A stretch of 61,795 nt of DNA, counting the filler, from Clostridia bacterium (GTDB lineage Bacteria; CBDUZB01; JAGLHV01): assembly GCA_030637025.1 (NCBI GenBank). It is 6 parts of 6 records of this genome, joined end to end, with 100 filler letters (N's around TTAATTAATTAA, not from the genome) between each part and the next. Parts side by side here need not be neighbours in the genome. Positions count along the whole stretch, not along the records: positions 45,807 to 59,174 come from DAOVVV010000050.1; positions 59,275 to 61,795 come from DAOVVV010000075.1; 4 more parts are not named here. The stretch is one strand, 5' to 3'. The notes under the pieces are model-generated. The model worked only from the letters and a program-made list of their open reading frames with translations. It made no database searches and was not told the origin of the DNA. Positions within the stretch are counted from its first letter, which is position 1; the number at the start of each line of letters is the position of its first letter. A program made the position numbers and the translations under genes. Positions 47,943 to 59,935 of the stretch are shown one piece after another.

Positions 47943-50900
47943 ATGATCCAAAAAAGTCTTAGTTTTTCTAAAAGGCATACAATGATAGAATTGCCTGATT
48001 TATTGGAAATGCAAAAAAAATCTTTTTTTGAGTTTTTGCAAAAAGATATAGATATCGGAAAAAGAAAAACTCAAGGATTACAGTTGGCATTTAAAGATAT
48101 TTTTCCGGTTACTAACACCGATGAAACATTAAGTATTGAATTTGTTAATTATGTTTTTGGCACGTCTAGGTATAGTGAAGGAGAATCTGTAGAAAAAGAT
48201 GCTACTTATTCAATTCCTTTAAAAATACGCGTACGTTTGTTGCAAAAGGAAAAAGGTAATAGGATAGCGGTAAAAGAAATTTCCGAACAGGAAGTTTTTA
48301 TTGCTGATGTCCCTTTAATGACAGGAAAAGGCTCTTTTATCATTAATGGAGCGGAGCGGGTTATTGTTAGTCAATTACATCGTTCACCGGGAGTTATTTT
48401 TGAAGAAGATGAAGAAGGAAAGATTTCTTCTTTCGGGAAAAAATTATATTCTGCACGGATTATTCCTTATCGTGGAGCGTGGGTAGAATTTGGATTTGAT
48501 ATTAATAACATCTTATATGTGCATATAGACAAGAAAAGAAAAATTTTAGCTACGGTCTTATTGAAAGCATTAGGCATAGAAAAGAAGTCTGATATACTAA
48601 GTATCTTTTATAAAACGGAAATAATATTAACGGCAAAAGGGGATATTGGGGAATTAGAGGGAAGATTATTAGCTGAAGATATAGTAGAAAAGAAATCAGG
48701 AGAAATAATTCTGGAAGCAAATGAAGTGATAACAGCCGAAATCCTTGATAAAATAAGAAAAAGCAAAATTAATAAAATAAAATTAATAAAGAAGGAATCT
48801 GCTCTTGAAAGTATAACTATATCTAACACTTTAGCTAAAGATACAATTGGAACGAAAAAAGAAGCAGTTTTTGAAATTTATCGGAAATTGCGCACCCAGG
48901 AGTTTGTTACTCCGGAACAAGCAGAAAAGTATTTACAAAATTTAATATTTGAAAATATTAAAAAATATGATTTAGGTAAGGTTGGAAGATATAAAATAAA
49001 CAAAAAGTTGGGTTTTATTGTTAAACAACTTGAACAAATAAAAGAAATGGGTTTTAAAATTCCTGGAGAAAAAAAAAGAACTTTGACTAGAGAAGATATC
49101 ATTGCGACCATGAGATATCTGCTTGATTTAAACAGTGGCCTTATTACTAAAGTAGATGATATTGACCACTTAGGAAATCGGCGGGTGCGTTCTGTAGGTG
49201 AATTGTTGGAAAATCAGATGCGTATTGGTTTATCGCATATGAGTCGTTTAGTAAAAGAGAAAATGAATTTAAGCGGTCTGGGAGTTATTACTCCACGGAC
49301 GTTGATTAATACTGCTCCTGTAGTAGGGATATTGCGTAAATTTTTTGGAACGTCCCAATTGTCACAATTTATGGATCAGACTAATCCTTTAGCGGAATTA
49401 ACCCATAAAAGGAGATTATCTGCTCTGGGACCGGGAGGGTTGAATCGTAAAAGAGCCGGGTTTGAAGTAAGAGATGTTCATTATACCCACTATGGAAGAC
49501 TTTGTCCTATAGAGACTCCTGAAGGACCCAATATCGGGTTGATTGCTTCTTTAGCTTCTTATGCCCGGGTTAATGAATATGGACTCATAGAGAGTCCTTA
49601 TAAAAAAGTAGAAAATAAAAAAGTAACTAATAAAGTGGAATATCTTCCGGCTGACAGAGAAGATTCCTTTGTGGTAGCACAGGCGAATGTTCCTTTAGAT
49701 AAAGAATCAAAGTTTACTTATGATTTGGTGGCTGCACGTAAAAAAGGAGATTTTCCGGTGATTGCAGCTAAAGAAGTAGAGTATATGGATATTTCTCCGA
49801 TGCAGGTAATGAGTGTTTCTGCTTCTTTAATTCCCTTTTTAGAACATGATGATGCTAATCGTGCTTTAATGGGATCTAATATGCAGAGACAAGCGGTTCC
49901 GTTGTTAATTACTGAATCCCCGGTAGTGGCTACAGGTATAGAAGGAAGAGTCACCAGGGATTCGGGTGCTACGATTATAGCCGAGAAAGCGGGAAAAGTA
50001 ATTAGTGTTACTGCAAATAAAATTGTAATTTGGAATGAAGATAAAGAGGTAAATATATATAAATTAAAAAAGTTTGTTCGTTCTAATCAGGATACTTGCA
50101 TTAATCAATTACCAATAGTTAAAAAAGGGGATATAATAAAAAAAGGGCAGGTTGTTTCGGATGGTCCGGCTATTTCTAATGGAAAAATTGCTTTAGGGAA
50201 AAATGTTTTAGTTGCTTTTATGCCGTGGGAAGGATACAATTTTGAAGATGCTATTTTAATTAGTGAAAGAATGGTAAAAGAAGATGTTTTTTCTTCTATT
50301 CATATTCAGGAATTTGAAACAGAAGCTAGAGATCTTAAGGTAGGAAGTGAAGAAATTACCAGAGATATACCTAATGTGTCTGAAGAATCTTTAGCTAATT
50401 TAGATGAAGACGGAATAATTCGAATAGGGGCAGAGGTGAGTCCGGGTGATATTTTAGTAGGGAAGGTAACTCCCAGAGGGGAGATTCAGACAACCCCGGA
50501 GGAAAGATTATTAAAAGTTATTTTTGGGAAGAAAGCAGAAGATGTTCAGGATGCCTCTTTAACTGTTCCGCCGGGTGTTTCAGGAAAAGTACTTGATGTT
50601 AAAGTTTTTAACCGAAAAGAAAAAACTAGTAAAAAACAGGAAAATAAGGCGATTAAACAGGAAGAAGAAGAATATAAAAAAACAGTGGCTGAATTGAGGG
50701 GGCAAAGGGATAAAAAAGTCGCTTATTTGGAAAGAAGTATTAAAAAGAAAGTTATTAATATTACTGAAGCAAAAGCAGAAATAGAAAAGATAAAGATTTT
50801 TACGGAAGCGCAGATACAAGAATTAAAAAATGAAAAAAACAGAAAAATTGAAAATATTAGATTGGGAGATGATTTAGCTATATCGGTGAATAAGCTGGTT

Positions 50901-51674
50901 AAAGTTTTTTTAGTAACCAAAAGGAAAATTATGGTCGGAGATAAGATGGCAGGAAGACATGGTAATAAGGGGGTAATAGCGAAGATATTACCTGAGGAAG
51001 ATATGCCTTGTTTATTTGATGGGACACCTGTGGATGTCGTTTTGAGTCCTTTGTCTGTTCCTTCCCGAATGAATGTGGGGCAAATTTTAGAACTAATGTT
51101 GGGCTGGGCAGGAAAAATTTTGGATACTGAAATGGTTACTCCTATTTTTGACGGAGCCAGGGAAGAAGATATAATCGAACAAATAAAAAGAGCCAAAGAA
51201 AAACTAAGAAAAAAAGGGGTAGATGAAAAATATTTACCTACGGATGATTGTAGAATTAGTCTTTTTGATGGGCGTACGGGAGAACCTTTTTTAGAAAAAA
51301 TTGCAATAGGGTATATGTATGTCTTGAAACTTGCTCATTTGGTAGAGGATAAAATACATGCCCGTTCTACAGGTCCTTATTCTTTAATTACACGGCAACC
51401 TTTGGGTGGGAAGGCACAGTTTGGCGGTCAACGTTTTGGAGAGATGGAAGTGTGGGCAGTAGAAGGATATGGGGGAGCTTATACCTTGCAGGAATTTTTG
51501 ACTGTAAAGAGTGACGATGTCCCGGGGAGAACTAAAATGTATGAGTCTATTATAAAAGGAGAAACTTCTTATTTTCCGGGGGTTCCGGAATCTTTTCGGG
51601 TGTTGGTCAAGGAATTACAAAGTTTAGGATTAAATGTGGAATTGTTAAAAGAAAAAGACACAAAACAGAGATAA
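47943..51674 (+). CDS. rpoB: RNA polymerase beta subunit
   Basis: SQLSQFMDQTNPL, ETPEGPNIGL, GDKMAGRHGNKG, GGQRFGEME. Confidence 0.99.
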   Translation: MIQKSLSFSKRHTMIELPDLLEMQKKSFFEFLQKDIDIGKRKTQGLQLAFKDIFPVTNTDETLSIEFVNYVFGTSRYSEGESVEKDATYSIPLKIRVRLLQKEKGNRIAVKEISEQEVFIADVPLMTGKGSFIINGAERVIVSQLHRSPGVIFEEDEEGKISSFGKKLYSARIIPYRGAWVEFGFDINNILYVHIDKKRKILATVLLKALGIEKKSDILSIFYKTEIILTAKGDIGELEGRLLAEDIVEKKSGEIILEANEVITAEILDKIRKSKINKIKLIKKESALESITISNTLAKDTIGTKKEAVFEIYRKLRTQEFVTPEQAEKYLQNLIFENIKKYDLGKVGRYKINKKLGFIVKQLEQIKEMGFKIPGEKKRTLTREDIIATMRYLLDLNSGLITKVDDIDHLGNRRVRSVGELLENQMRIGLSHMSRLVKEKMNLSGLGVITPRTLINTAPVVGILRKFFGTSQLSQFMDQTNPLAELTHKRRLSALGPGGLNRKRAGFEVRDVHYTHYGRLCPIETPEGPNIGLIASLASYARVNEYGLIESPYKKVENKKVTNKVEYLPADREDSFVVAQANVPLDKESKFTYDLVAARKKGDFPVIAAKEVEYMDISPMQVMSVSASLIPFLEHDDANRALMGSNMQRQAVPLLITESPVVATGIEGRVTRDSGATIIAEKAGKVISVTANKIVIWNEDKEVNIYKLKKFVRSNQDTCINQLPIVKKGDIIKKGQVVSDGPAISNGKIALGKNVLVAFMPWEGYNFEDAILISERMVKEDVFSSIHIQEFETEARDLKVGSEEITRDIPNVSEESLANLDEDGIIRIGAEVSPGDILVGKVTPRGEIQTTPEERLLKVIFGKKAEDVQDASLTVPPGVSGKVLDVKVFNRKEKTSKKQENKAIKQEEEEYKKTVAELRGQRDKKVAYLERSIKKKVINITEAKAEIEKIKIFTEAQIQELKNEKNRKIENIRLGDDLAISVNKLVKVFLVTKRKIMVGDKMAGRHGNKGVIAKILPEEDMPCLFDGTPVDVVLSPLSVPSRMNVGQILELMLGWAGKILDTEMVTPIFDGAREEDIIEQIKRAKEKLRKKGVDEKYLPTDDCRISLFDGRTGEPFLEKIAIGYMYVLKLAHLVEDKIHARSTGPYSLITRQPLGGKAQFGGQRFGEMEVWAVEGYGGAYTLQEFLTVKSDDVPGRTKMYESIIKGETSYFPGVPESFRVLVKELQSLGLNVELLKEKDTKQR

Positions 51675-51692
51675 GAACCAGGGAGAAAATAA

Positions 51693-54600
51693 ATGTCGCG
51701 GAAAAAGACGAAGAAAAACGTTCCAGAGAATTTTTCAGATTTTAATTCGATTAGATTATCGATTGCTTCTCCTGAAAAAATAAAACAATGGTCTTATGGA
51801 GAAGTAAGGAAACCTGAAACTATAAATTACCGCACTTTTAAACCCGAGCGGGATGGATTGTTTTGTGAGCGGATATTTGGTCCTGTACGGGATTGGGAGT
51901 GCAATTGTGGGAAATATAAGTGGATAAAACATAAAGGAGTAATTTGTGATAGATGTGGGGTGGAAGTTACCGAGTCTAAAGTAAGAAGAGAACGGATGGG
52001 TCATATTGAGTTGGCTGCACCGGTGACTCACATCTGGTTTTTAAGAAAATCACCTTCACGGATAGGTGTTTTATTAAATATGAAATTAGGGGAAGTAGAA
52101 AGAGTAGTTTATTATGCTAATTATGTTGTTATTGATCCCGGGTCCACTTCCTTAAAGAAAGGACAGCTTTTAAGTGAAGAAGAATTTCAAAAAAACAAAC
52201 AGGAATTTGGTAATAAATTTCGGGTAGGAATTGGGGCTAAAGCAATTAAGGAATTATTATCTAAATTGGATGTAAATAAATTATCTAAAGAATTAAGAAT
52301 TAAAATTAAAAGCGATAAATCCGAAGCAGCAAGAAATCGTTTAGTTAAGCAGTTAAGAGTAGTTGATGGATTTGTTAAATCGGGAAATAAGCCGGAGTGG
52401 ATGGTTTTAACCTCTATTCCTGTTATTCCTCCTGATTTGCGTCCTTTGGTTCCTTTGGAAGGGGGGCGTTTTGCTTCTTCTGATTTGAATGATTTATATC
52501 GTAGAATTGTAAATCGTAATAACCGATTAAAACTTATTGAAAATTTGAAAGCTCCGGAAGTAATGATTTTTAATGAAAAAAGATTATTACAGGAGGCAGT
52601 AGATGTTTTATTTGAAAATGGAGCAAGAAGAAAAGTAGTTACGGGTGCTGGAGGACGTCCTTTAAAATCGTTGTCTGATGTTCTTAAAGGAAAACAAGGA
52701 CGATTTCGTCAGAATTTATTAGGTAAAAGAGTGGATTATTCAGGGAGATCGGTAGTGGTGATTGGCCCAAATTTAAAGATTGGTCAGTGTGGTTTACCTA
52801 AAGAAATGGCTTTGGAACTTTTTAAACCGTTTATTCTTAAACAATTATTAGGAAAAGGTTTTGCTTCTTCGCTGAAAGGGGCTAAAAAAATGTTGGAACG
52901 GGTCAGGCCGGAAGTATGGGATATTTTGGAAGAAGTGACCAAAAATCACCCTATACTTTTAAACCGTGCGCCTACGCTTCATCGTTTGGGAATTCAGGCT
53001 TTTGAACCGGTATTGATTGAAGGAAAATCAATACAATTACATCCTCTTGTCTGTACGGCATTTAATGCTGATTTCGATGGAGATCAAATGGCAGTACATG
53101 TTCCTTTATCTTTAGAATCGCAGATGGAATGCAGGGTTTTGATGATGGCCAATAATAATATTTTATCCCCTTCTAACGGAAAACCCATTGTAACGCCTTC
53201 TCAGGATATGGTTTTAGGGTGTTGTTATTTAACCAAAGAAAAAAAGAAAGATAAAGGGGAAGGGAAAATATTTGCTTCCAAGGAAGAAGCTTTAATTGCT
53301 TATAATCATGAAGAGGTAAATTTACATGCTAAAGTAAAAATTCGGTTTTCTTCCGGTGAATTAATAGAAACAACTGTAGGCCGGGTTATTTTTAATGAAG
53401 TTGTTCCAGTTGAAATGGAATTTATAAATAAAATTGTTAAGAAAAAAGATCTGGGGCAATTGGTAGAACTTTGTTTTAAAAAATTAGGTCCGTACAAAAC
53501 AACCTTATTATTGGATGATATAAAGAAGATTGGTTATAAGTATGCGACTTTAGCTGGAATATCCATTTCTTTGCGAGATATGAAGACACCAAAAATTAAA
53601 GATGAAATAATTAGTAAAGCTAGAAAGGAAGTAAAAGAAATCGAAGTGCAATATAAAAGGGGTTTTATTACTGATACGGAACGATATAACAAAGTAATTG
53701 ATATTTGGACTCATATCACTGATAAAATTTCTAATATTATGTTTGATGGGTTAAGAAAAGAAGAGGAAGAAGACTATAGGCATGATGTGCCCAAGTTTAA
53801 TCCCATTTATATGATGGCTGATTCAGGAGCGAGGGGAAGTAGGCAGCAGATTAGACAATTAGCCGGGATGAGAGGTTTAATGGCTAAACCACAAAAGAAA
53901 ATTACCGGGCAAATAGGTGAGATTATAGAATCACCTATTGTGGCTAATTTCAGGGAGGGGTTAACCGTTTTAGAGTATTTTATTTCTACCCACGGAGGAA
54001 GAAAAGGATTAGCTGATACAGCTTTAAAAACAGCGGATGCAGGTTATTTAACCCGTAGATTAATAGATGTTGCTCATGATGTAGTAATAAATGTTGAGGA
54101 TTGTGGAACTCTAAATGGAATAAAAGTGGGGTCTTTAAAAGAAGGGGATGAAATCATAGAGTCTTTAGCGGAAAGAATATTGGGCAGAGTAAGTTTAGAT
54201 AATGTAGTGAATCTTCTAACCGATGAAATAATTATTTCTGTCGGGGAGATAATTAGTGAAGAAAAAGCTAAAGAAATTGAAAAAGCAGGGATTGAAAAGA
54301 TAAGAATTCGTTCTGTTTTAACCTGTGAAACAAAACAGGGTGTTTGTGTTAAATGTTATGGAGTAAATTTGGCAACGGGAAGGAAAGTAGAGATAGGGGA
54401 AGCAGTTGGAATTATTGCTGCTCAATCTATCGGAGAGCCGGGGACGCAACTTACTTTACGGACTTTTCATATAGGGGGTACGGCTAGCCGGATTATTTTA
54501 CGTTCTTCTGTGCAGGCCAAGAAAGAAGGAAAATTAAAGTTTTCCAATATTAAAAGTATAAAAAACAAAGAAGGACAATGGGTGGTTGTTAGCCGTAATG

Positions 54601-55745
54601 GTGAGATAATTATTAGAAAAACCGGCAGCAGTGGGAAAGAAAAAGAAAGCTATTATGTTCCTTATGGATCGAAGTTAAAGGTAAAAGAAGGGAAAGATGT
54701 AAAAAAAGGAGAATTAATTGCAGAATGGGATCCCTATAGTTTACCCATTATTTCTGAATTTGAGGGAAAAATAAAATTAATAGATATTGTAGAAGGAATA
54801 ACCGTTCATAAAGAAATAAATAGAATTACAGGTTTGGAAGAAAGAGTAATTATCAGTTATAAAACAGAAAAACTTCAGCCTCGAATTGCTGTTATAAATA
54901 AAAAGAAGAAAGAACTGGTTTCTTATCCTTTACCGGTAGATACGCATATTGATGTCTATGATGGACATGAGGTGTTTCCCGGTGATGTTTTGGCCAAAAT
55001 TCCCCAGGAAGTATCTAAGACCAGGGATATTACCGGGGGATTACCCCGGGTGGCTGAATTATTTGAAGCCCGTAAACCTAAAAATTGTGCACTTGTTTCT
55101 GAAATAGACGGTAGAGTAAAGTTAGGTGTTACTACTAAAGGGGTAATGAAAGTAATAGTTGAAAATGAAACAGGACTGGTTCGTGAATATCTTGTTCCTC
55201 ATGGGAAACATCTGGTAATTTATGAAGGAGATCAGGTAAGAGTAGGAGAACCTTTAACCGATGGTTCTGTTAATCCCCATGATATATTGAGAGTAAAAGG
55301 AGATAAAGAGGTTCAGGAATATTTAGTTAATGAAATACAAGAAGTTTACCGGTTGCAGGGAGTAATTATTAATGATAAGCATATCGAGGCAATTGTACGG
55401 CAAATGTTGCTTAATGTAAGAATCGAAAAAAGTGGGGATACCGAATTGTTATCCGGAGAAATAGTAAATAAATTTAAGTTTCAGAGGGAGAATGAAGCAA
55501 CAGAAAAGAAAAAGGGAGAACCGGCTACGGCTTATCCAGTGCTTTTAGGAATAACCAAAGCTTCTTTATCCAGTGAGAGTTTTATTTCTGCTGCTTCTTT
55601 TCAGGAAACTACCCGGGTTTTAACCGAAGCGGCTGTGCAAGGGCAGAAAGATTATTTGAGGGGTTTAAAAGAAAATATTATTATTGGGCATCTTATTCCT
55701 GCCGGCACAGGGATTCTATCAAGGAATAAAGATAAAAACATATAG
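51693..55745 (+). CDS. rpoC: RNA polymerase beta' subunit
   Basis: NADFDGDQM, Zn-finger cysteines, TQLTLRTFH. Confidence 0.99.
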   Translation: MSRKKTKKNVPENFSDFNSIRLSIASPEKIKQWSYGEVRKPETINYRTFKPERDGLFCERIFGPVRDWECNCGKYKWIKHKGVICDRCGVEVTESKVRRERMGHIELAAPVTHIWFLRKSPSRIGVLLNMKLGEVERVVYYANYVVIDPGSTSLKKGQLLSEEEFQKNKQEFGNKFRVGIGAKAIKELLSKLDVNKLSKELRIKIKSDKSEAARNRLVKQLRVVDGFVKSGNKPEWMVLTSIPVIPPDLRPLVPLEGGRFASSDLNDLYRRIVNRNNRLKLIENLKAPEVMIFNEKRLLQEAVDVLFENGARRKVVTGAGGRPLKSLSDVLKGKQGRFRQNLLGKRVDYSGRSVVVIGPNLKIGQCGLPKEMALELFKPFILKQLLGKGFASSLKGAKKMLERVRPEVWDILEEVTKNHPILLNRAPTLHRLGIQAFEPVLIEGKSIQLHPLVCTAFNADFDGDQMAVHVPLSLESQMECRVLMMANNNILSPSNGKPIVTPSQDMVLGCCYLTKEKKKDKGEGKIFASKEEALIAYNHEEVNLHAKVKIRFSSGELIETTVGRVIFNEVVPVEMEFINKIVKKKDLGQLVELCFKKLGPYKTTLLLDDIKKIGYKYATLAGISISLRDMKTPKIKDEIISKARKEVKEIEVQYKRGFITDTERYNKVIDIWTHITDKISNIMFDGLRKEEEEDYRHDVPKFNPIYMMADSGARGSRQQIRQLAGMRGLMAKPQKKITGQIGEIIESPIVANFREGLTVLEYFISTHGGRKGLADTALKTADAGYLTRRLIDVAHDVVINVEDCGTLNGIKVGSLKEGDEIIESLAERILGRVSLDNVVNLLTDEIIISVGEIISEEKAKEIEKAGIEKIRIRSVLTCETKQGVCVKCYGVNLATGRKVEIGEAVGIIAAQSIGEPGTQLTLRTFHIGGTASRIILRSSVQAKKEGKLKFSNIKSIKNKEGQWVVVSRNGEIIIRKTGSSGKEKESYYVPYGSKLKVKEGKDVKKGELIAEWDPYSLPIISEFEGKIKLIDIVEGITVHKEINRITGLEERVIISYKTEKLQPRIAVINKKKKELVSYPLPVDTHIDVYDGHEVFPGDVLAKIPQEVSKTRDITGGLPRVAELFEARKPKNCALVSEIDGRVKLGVTTKGVMKVIVENETGLVREYLVPHGKHLVIYEGDQVRVGEPLTDGSVNPHDILRVKGDKEVQEYLVNEIQEVYRLQGVIINDKHIEAIVRQMLLNVRIEKSGDTELLSGEIVNKFKFQRENEATEKKKGEPATAYPVLLGITKASLSSESFISAASFQETTRVLTEAAVQGQKDYLRGLKENIIIGHLIPAGTGILSRNKDKNI

Positions 55746-55756
55746 GAGAAAAAATT

Positions 55757-56143
55757 ATGCCTACAATTAATCAGTTGGTTTCTAAAGGGAGAAAAAAGTT
55801 AAAGAAAAAGGAAAGAACCCCTGCTTTGTCTAGTTCACCTCAAAGAAGAGGTGTATGTATAAGAGTTTATACTACTACCCCCAAAAAACCGAATTCAGCA
55901 TTACGTAAAGTAGCACGGGTGAAATTGACCAGTGGGGTAGAAGTGACTGCGTATATTCCGGGTATTGGGCATAATTTACAGGAACATTCTATTGTAATGA
56001 TTAGGGGTGGACGGGTTAAGGATTTACCGGGTGTGCGGTATCACATTATCAGGGGAGTATTAGATACTACCGGGGTAACAGATCGGAAGCAGTCCAGATC
56101 AAAATATGGTTCTAAAGCTCCTAAAAAAGCAGCGGCTAAATAA
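55757..56143 (+). CDS. rpsL: 30S ribosomal protein S12
   Basis: [25 protein letters not shown]. Confidence 0.99.
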   Translation: MPTINQLVSKGRKKLKKKERTPALSSSPQRRGVCIRVYTTTPKKPNSALRKVARVKLTSGVEVTAYIPGIGHNLQEHSIVMIRGGRVKDLPGVRYHIIRGVLDTTGVTDRKQSRSKYGSKAPKKAAAK

Positions 56144-56197
56144 AGTATAGTTAGAAAAAAATAGATTTTTAAGTTGTAGATGCAAAGGAGAAAAAAA

Positions 56198-56674
56198 ATG
56201 TCAAGAAAAGCAAAAAAAACGATGGTAAAAAGACAAACAATTCCGGATTATAAATATAATAGTTTAGTTGTAACTAGTTTTATTAAAAACATAATGAAAT
56301 CAGGTAAAAAAAGTATAGCTGATCAAATATTTTACAAAGCTATGGATATTATTAAAGAAAAAGTAAAAGAAGATCCGATGCGGGTTCTAAACCATGCTAT
56401 GGAAAATGTTAAGCCTCTTTTAGAGGTAAAATCCCGCAGAGTGGGGGGAGCGACATATCAGGTGCCTATAGAAGTAAATCCCCGCCGTTCTGTTTCTATC
56501 GCTATACGATGGATTACTAACTATGCTCTGGCCAGAACAGGGAAATCCATGGGGGAAAGATTAGCCGATGAATTAATGGAAGCTGCTCGTAACCAGGGTC
56601 CGGCAGTAAAAAAGAAAGAGGACACACATAAAATGGCAGAAGCTAATAAAGCTTTTGCTCATTATCGATGGTAG
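56198..56674 (+). CDS. rpsG: 30S ribosomal protein S7
   Basis: RRVGGATYQVP, HKMAEANKAFAHYRW. ATG 56198 follows RBS AGGAG (track start 56180). Confidence 0.97.
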   Translation: MSRKAKKTMVKRQTIPDYKYNSLVVTSFIKNIMKSGKKSIADQIFYKAMDIIKEKVKEDPMRVLNHAMENVKPLLEVKSRRVGGATYQVPIEVNPRRSVSIAIRWITNYALARTGKSMGERLADELMEAARNQGPAVKKKEDTHKMAEANKAFAHYRW

Positions 56675-56731
56675 ATAAAGTTTTAAAATCAGAATAGGAT
56701 TGAGATAGAATTAAAGGAAGGGTTTTTTAAA

Positions 56732-58822
56732 ATGGGAAGAACTGTAGAATTAGAAAAGACAAGAAATATAGGGATTATTGCGCATATTGATGCCGGTAAA
56801 ACCACGACTTCAGAGCGAATTCTTTATTATACCGGCAGGATATATAAGATAGGTGAAGTTCATGACGGTAATGCTACTATGGATTGGATGGAGCAAGAAC
56901 AGGAACGGGGTATTACAATAACTTCGGCAGCGACAACCTGTCAATGGAAGGATTGCTGGATAAATATTATTGACACGCCGGGACATATTGATTTTACGGC
57001 TGAAGTAGAAAGATCTTTAAGGGTATTAGATGGTGCAGTAGTAATATTTTGTGCCGTAGGCGGGGTTGAGCCGCAGTCAGAGACAGTATGGCATCAGGCA
57101 GATAAATACGGTGTTCCGCGTATGATTTTTATAAATAAAATGGATAGGGTAGGTGCAGATTTTTATGGTGTGGTACAGCAAATGAAAGAACGTTTGTCAA
57201 ATAATGTGGTGCCGCTTCAACTGCCGCTGGGAAAAGAAGATACTTTTTCCGGAGTAATTGATTTAATAAGAATGAAAGCCCGTGTTTATGAAGGAGAGGA
57301 TTTTGGGGTTACCTTTAAAACAATAGATATTCCGGAAGAATATAAAAAGGTTAGTAAAGAATATCATGATAAACTCATTGAGTCTATTTCTGATGTTGAT
57401 GATGATATATTAGAGAAATATTTAGAAGGGAAACAAATTAGCGAAGAAGATTTAGTTTGGGGGATTAGAAAAGCAACTTTAAGTTATAAAATAGTTCCGA
57501 TTTTATGCGGGTCTGCTTTTAAAAATAAAGGGATACAATTTTTATTGGATGACATTTGTAGTTTTCTTCCTTCCCCGGTGGATATGCCTTCGATTAAAGG
57601 GTTTAATCCTGTTATTGAAAAGGAAGAGCAACGATTGGTTAAAGATGATGCTCCTTTTTCCGCTTTAGCGTTTAAGATTATGAGTGATGTATATGTAGGA
57701 AGACTTTCTTTCTTGAGAATTTATTCCGGAACTCTCAAAAAAGGAGAGACGGTATATAATGTCACTCGAAGGAAAAAAGAGAGAATATCTAAAATTCTCC
57801 GTATGCATGCTAATCGCAGAGAAAACTTAGAAGAAGCATACGCAGGAGATATTGTAGCTGTTGTAGGTTTAAAAAATACTGTTACCGGAAATACTTTAAG
57901 TACGGAGGCATTTCCTATTGTTTTTGGTGAGATGTCTTTTCCTGATCCGGTAATTTCTTTGGCCATTGAACCGAAAACTAAAAAAGATGAGGAAAAAATG
58001 GGCTTAGCTTTGCATCGTTTAGCAGAAGAAGATCCTACTTTTCGTATTAAACATGATGCGGAAACAGGACAAACTCTAATTTCAGGAATGGGAGAATTAC
58101 ATTTAGATGTTTTGATTGACCGCATGAAAAGAGAATTTGGGATAGAAGCAAATGTAGGAAATCCCCATGTGTCCTATAGAGAGACAATTAGAAAAGCGGT
58201 AAGGCAGGAAGGTAAATATATTCGTCAAAGTGGTGGGCGGGGACAATATGGACATGTTTGGTTGGATATAGAGCCTCAGGAAAAAGGGAAAGGGTTTGAA
58301 TTTATAAATAAAATTGTAGGAGGAACTATTCCGCGGGAATATATTTCATCAGTAGAAAAAGGGGTTATAAAAGAGTTAGATACGGGTCCTTTAGGGGGAT
58401 ATCCGCTTATAGATATGAAGGTAACTTTGATTGATGGTTCTTACCATGATGTTGATTCATCCGACATCGCATATACTGTAGCAGCTTCTATGGCTATACG
58501 GGATGGGGTTAAAAGAGCCGATGTTGTTCTCCTGGAACCAATGATGAAAATAGAAGTTATAACTGTTCAGGAATATATGGGGGATGTTATAGGGGATTTA
58601 AGTTCAAGAAGAGGCAAGGTAGAAAATATTAGTGAACGGGGTAAAACTCATATTGTAAAAGGGGTGGTTCCCCTGTCTGAAATGTTTGGATATGCAACCA
58701 GTTTAAGGTCGCTTACTCAGGGAAGGGCAACTTATGCAATGGAGCCTTTTTGTTATCAGGAAGTTCCGGAAAGTGTTGCTAAAAAGTTACTGGTAAGCGA
58801 ACATGAATTGGTTAAAAAATAA
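56732..58822 (+). CDS. fusA: Elongation factor G
   Basis: [30 protein letters not shown]. Confidence 0.99.
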   Translation: MGRTVELEKTRNIGIIAHIDAGKTTTSERILYYTGRIYKIGEVHDGNATMDWMEQEQERGITITSAATTCQWKDCWINIIDTPGHIDFTAEVERSLRVLDGAVVIFCAVGGVEPQSETVWHQADKYGVPRMIFINKMDRVGADFYGVVQQMKERLSNNVVPLQLPLGKEDTFSGVIDLIRMKARVYEGEDFGVTFKTIDIPEEYKKVSKEYHDKLIESISDVDDDILEKYLEGKQISEEDLVWGIRKATLSYKIVPILCGSAFKNKGIQFLLDDICSFLPSPVDMPSIKGFNPVIEKEEQRLVKDDAPFSALAFKIMSDVYVGRLSFLRIYSGTLKKGETVYNVTRRKKERISKILRMHANRRENLEEAYAGDIVAVVGLKNTVTGNTLSTEAFPIVFGEMSFPDPVISLAIEPKTKKDEEKMGLALHRLAEEDPTFRIKHDAETGQTLISGMGELHLDVLIDRMKREFGIEANVGNPHVSYRETIRKAVRQEGKYIRQSGGRGQYGHVWLDIEPQEKGKGFEFINKIVGGTIPREYISSVEKGVIKELDTGPLGGYPLIDMKVTLIDGSYHDVDSSDIAYTVAASMAIRDGVKRADVVLLEPMMKIEVITVQEYMGDVIGDLSSRRGKVENISERGKTHIVKGVVPLSEMFGYATSLRSLTQGRATYAMEPFCYQEVPESVAKKLLVSEHELVKK

Positions 58823-58856
58823 TATTTATTGATTTATCATAAAGGAGGTATTAAAA

Positions 58857-59174
58857 ATGGCTAAAGAAAAATTTGAAAGAACGAAACCGCATGTAAACAT
58901 AGGAACGATAGGACATGTGGATCACGGGAAAACAACGTTAACTGCTGCGATAACCCAGTGTTTATCCAAATCAGGGAATTCGCAGGCGAAAGGGGTTTGG
59001 GACATAGATAATGCTCCGGAAGAAAAAGAGCGAGGTGTAACCATAAATGTAGCCCATGTGGAGTATGAAACAGCGGCGCGGCACTATGCACATATAGATT
59101 GTCCCGGGCATGCTGATTATATAAAGAATATGATTACCGGTTCAGCGCAGATGGACGGGGCGATATTGGTGGTA
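58857..59174 (+). CDS. tuf: Elongation factor Tu (3' truncated by gap)
   Basis: [37 protein letters not shown]. Confidence 0.97.
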
Positions 59175-59274
59175 NNNNNNNNNNNNNNNNNNNNNNNNNN
59201 NNNNNNNNNNNNNNNNNNTTAATTAATTAANNNNNNNNNNNNNNNNNNNNNNNNNNNNNNNNNNNNNNNNNNNN
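59175..59274. other. Artificial contig spacer
   Basis: N44-TTAATTAATTAA-N44. Confidence 0.97.
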
Positions 59275-59873
59275 AGGCTATACTGATTATGCGCGTTTTT
59301 ATTCTATACACCAAAATCAAGCATATTTTTTGACACGAGCTAGAATAAATTTTAGTTTCAAAAGATTGTATTCTCTAAAAGTTGATAAAACAACTGGAAT
59401 ACAATGCGACCAAATTGTTTGTATAAAACATTATAATTGTAAAAAGCTGTTTCCAGACAAATTACGCCGTATAAAATATACTGATTTAGAAACAGGCAAA
59501 CATTTAGTTTTTTTAACAAATAATATGAATCTACCAGCAAAAACAATTGCAGATTTATATCGCAGTCGTTGGCAGATAGAATTATTTTTTAAATGGATTA
59601 AACAACATTTAAGAATTAAAGCTTTTTATGGACGAACTGAAAATGCTGTAAAAACACAAATTTGGATAGCTACATCAATTTATGTACTTATAGCAATTGT
59701 GAAGAAAGAACTTAAACTGGAATTAAATCTCTACACAATTCTACAGATTTTAAGTGTATCCTTATTTGAAAAAGTGCCGATTTTACAAGCACTTTCTGAT
59801 TTTGATTGTCAAAGAACAAGTCCCGATTCCCAAATGTCCTTATTTTAAAGGCGAAAACAACCGGACACTAGTG
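59275..59873 (+). mobile_element. IS4-family insertion sequence, 3' part (transposase 59276-59848; probable right IR 59859-59873)
   Basis: GYTDY..F.TR, FLTNN, YRSRWQIELFFKWIKQHL (Y-2-R-3-E-6-K signature), ENAVKTQIW; end sequence aaccggacactagtg. Confidence 0.88.
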
Positions 59874-59935
59874 GGGTTAGGGGGATTTATGACTATTTGT
59901 GACACAGTATTTATGAGTCAGGAGAATTATTACAG

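Noticed and set aside
47943-55745. Insertions in RpoB (coiled-coil near 50610-50870) and RpoC (trigger-loop insertion), and possible resistance alleles
   Set aside because: They match known lineage-specific insertion sites. The RpoB rifampicin cluster and the RpsL PKKPNS motif look wild type.
8399-59274. Recurrent TTAATTAATTAA motif flanked by N runs (five times)
   Set aside because: Artificial six-frame-stop linker. ORF ends with X runs and any cross-gap gene neighbourhoods are artefacts.
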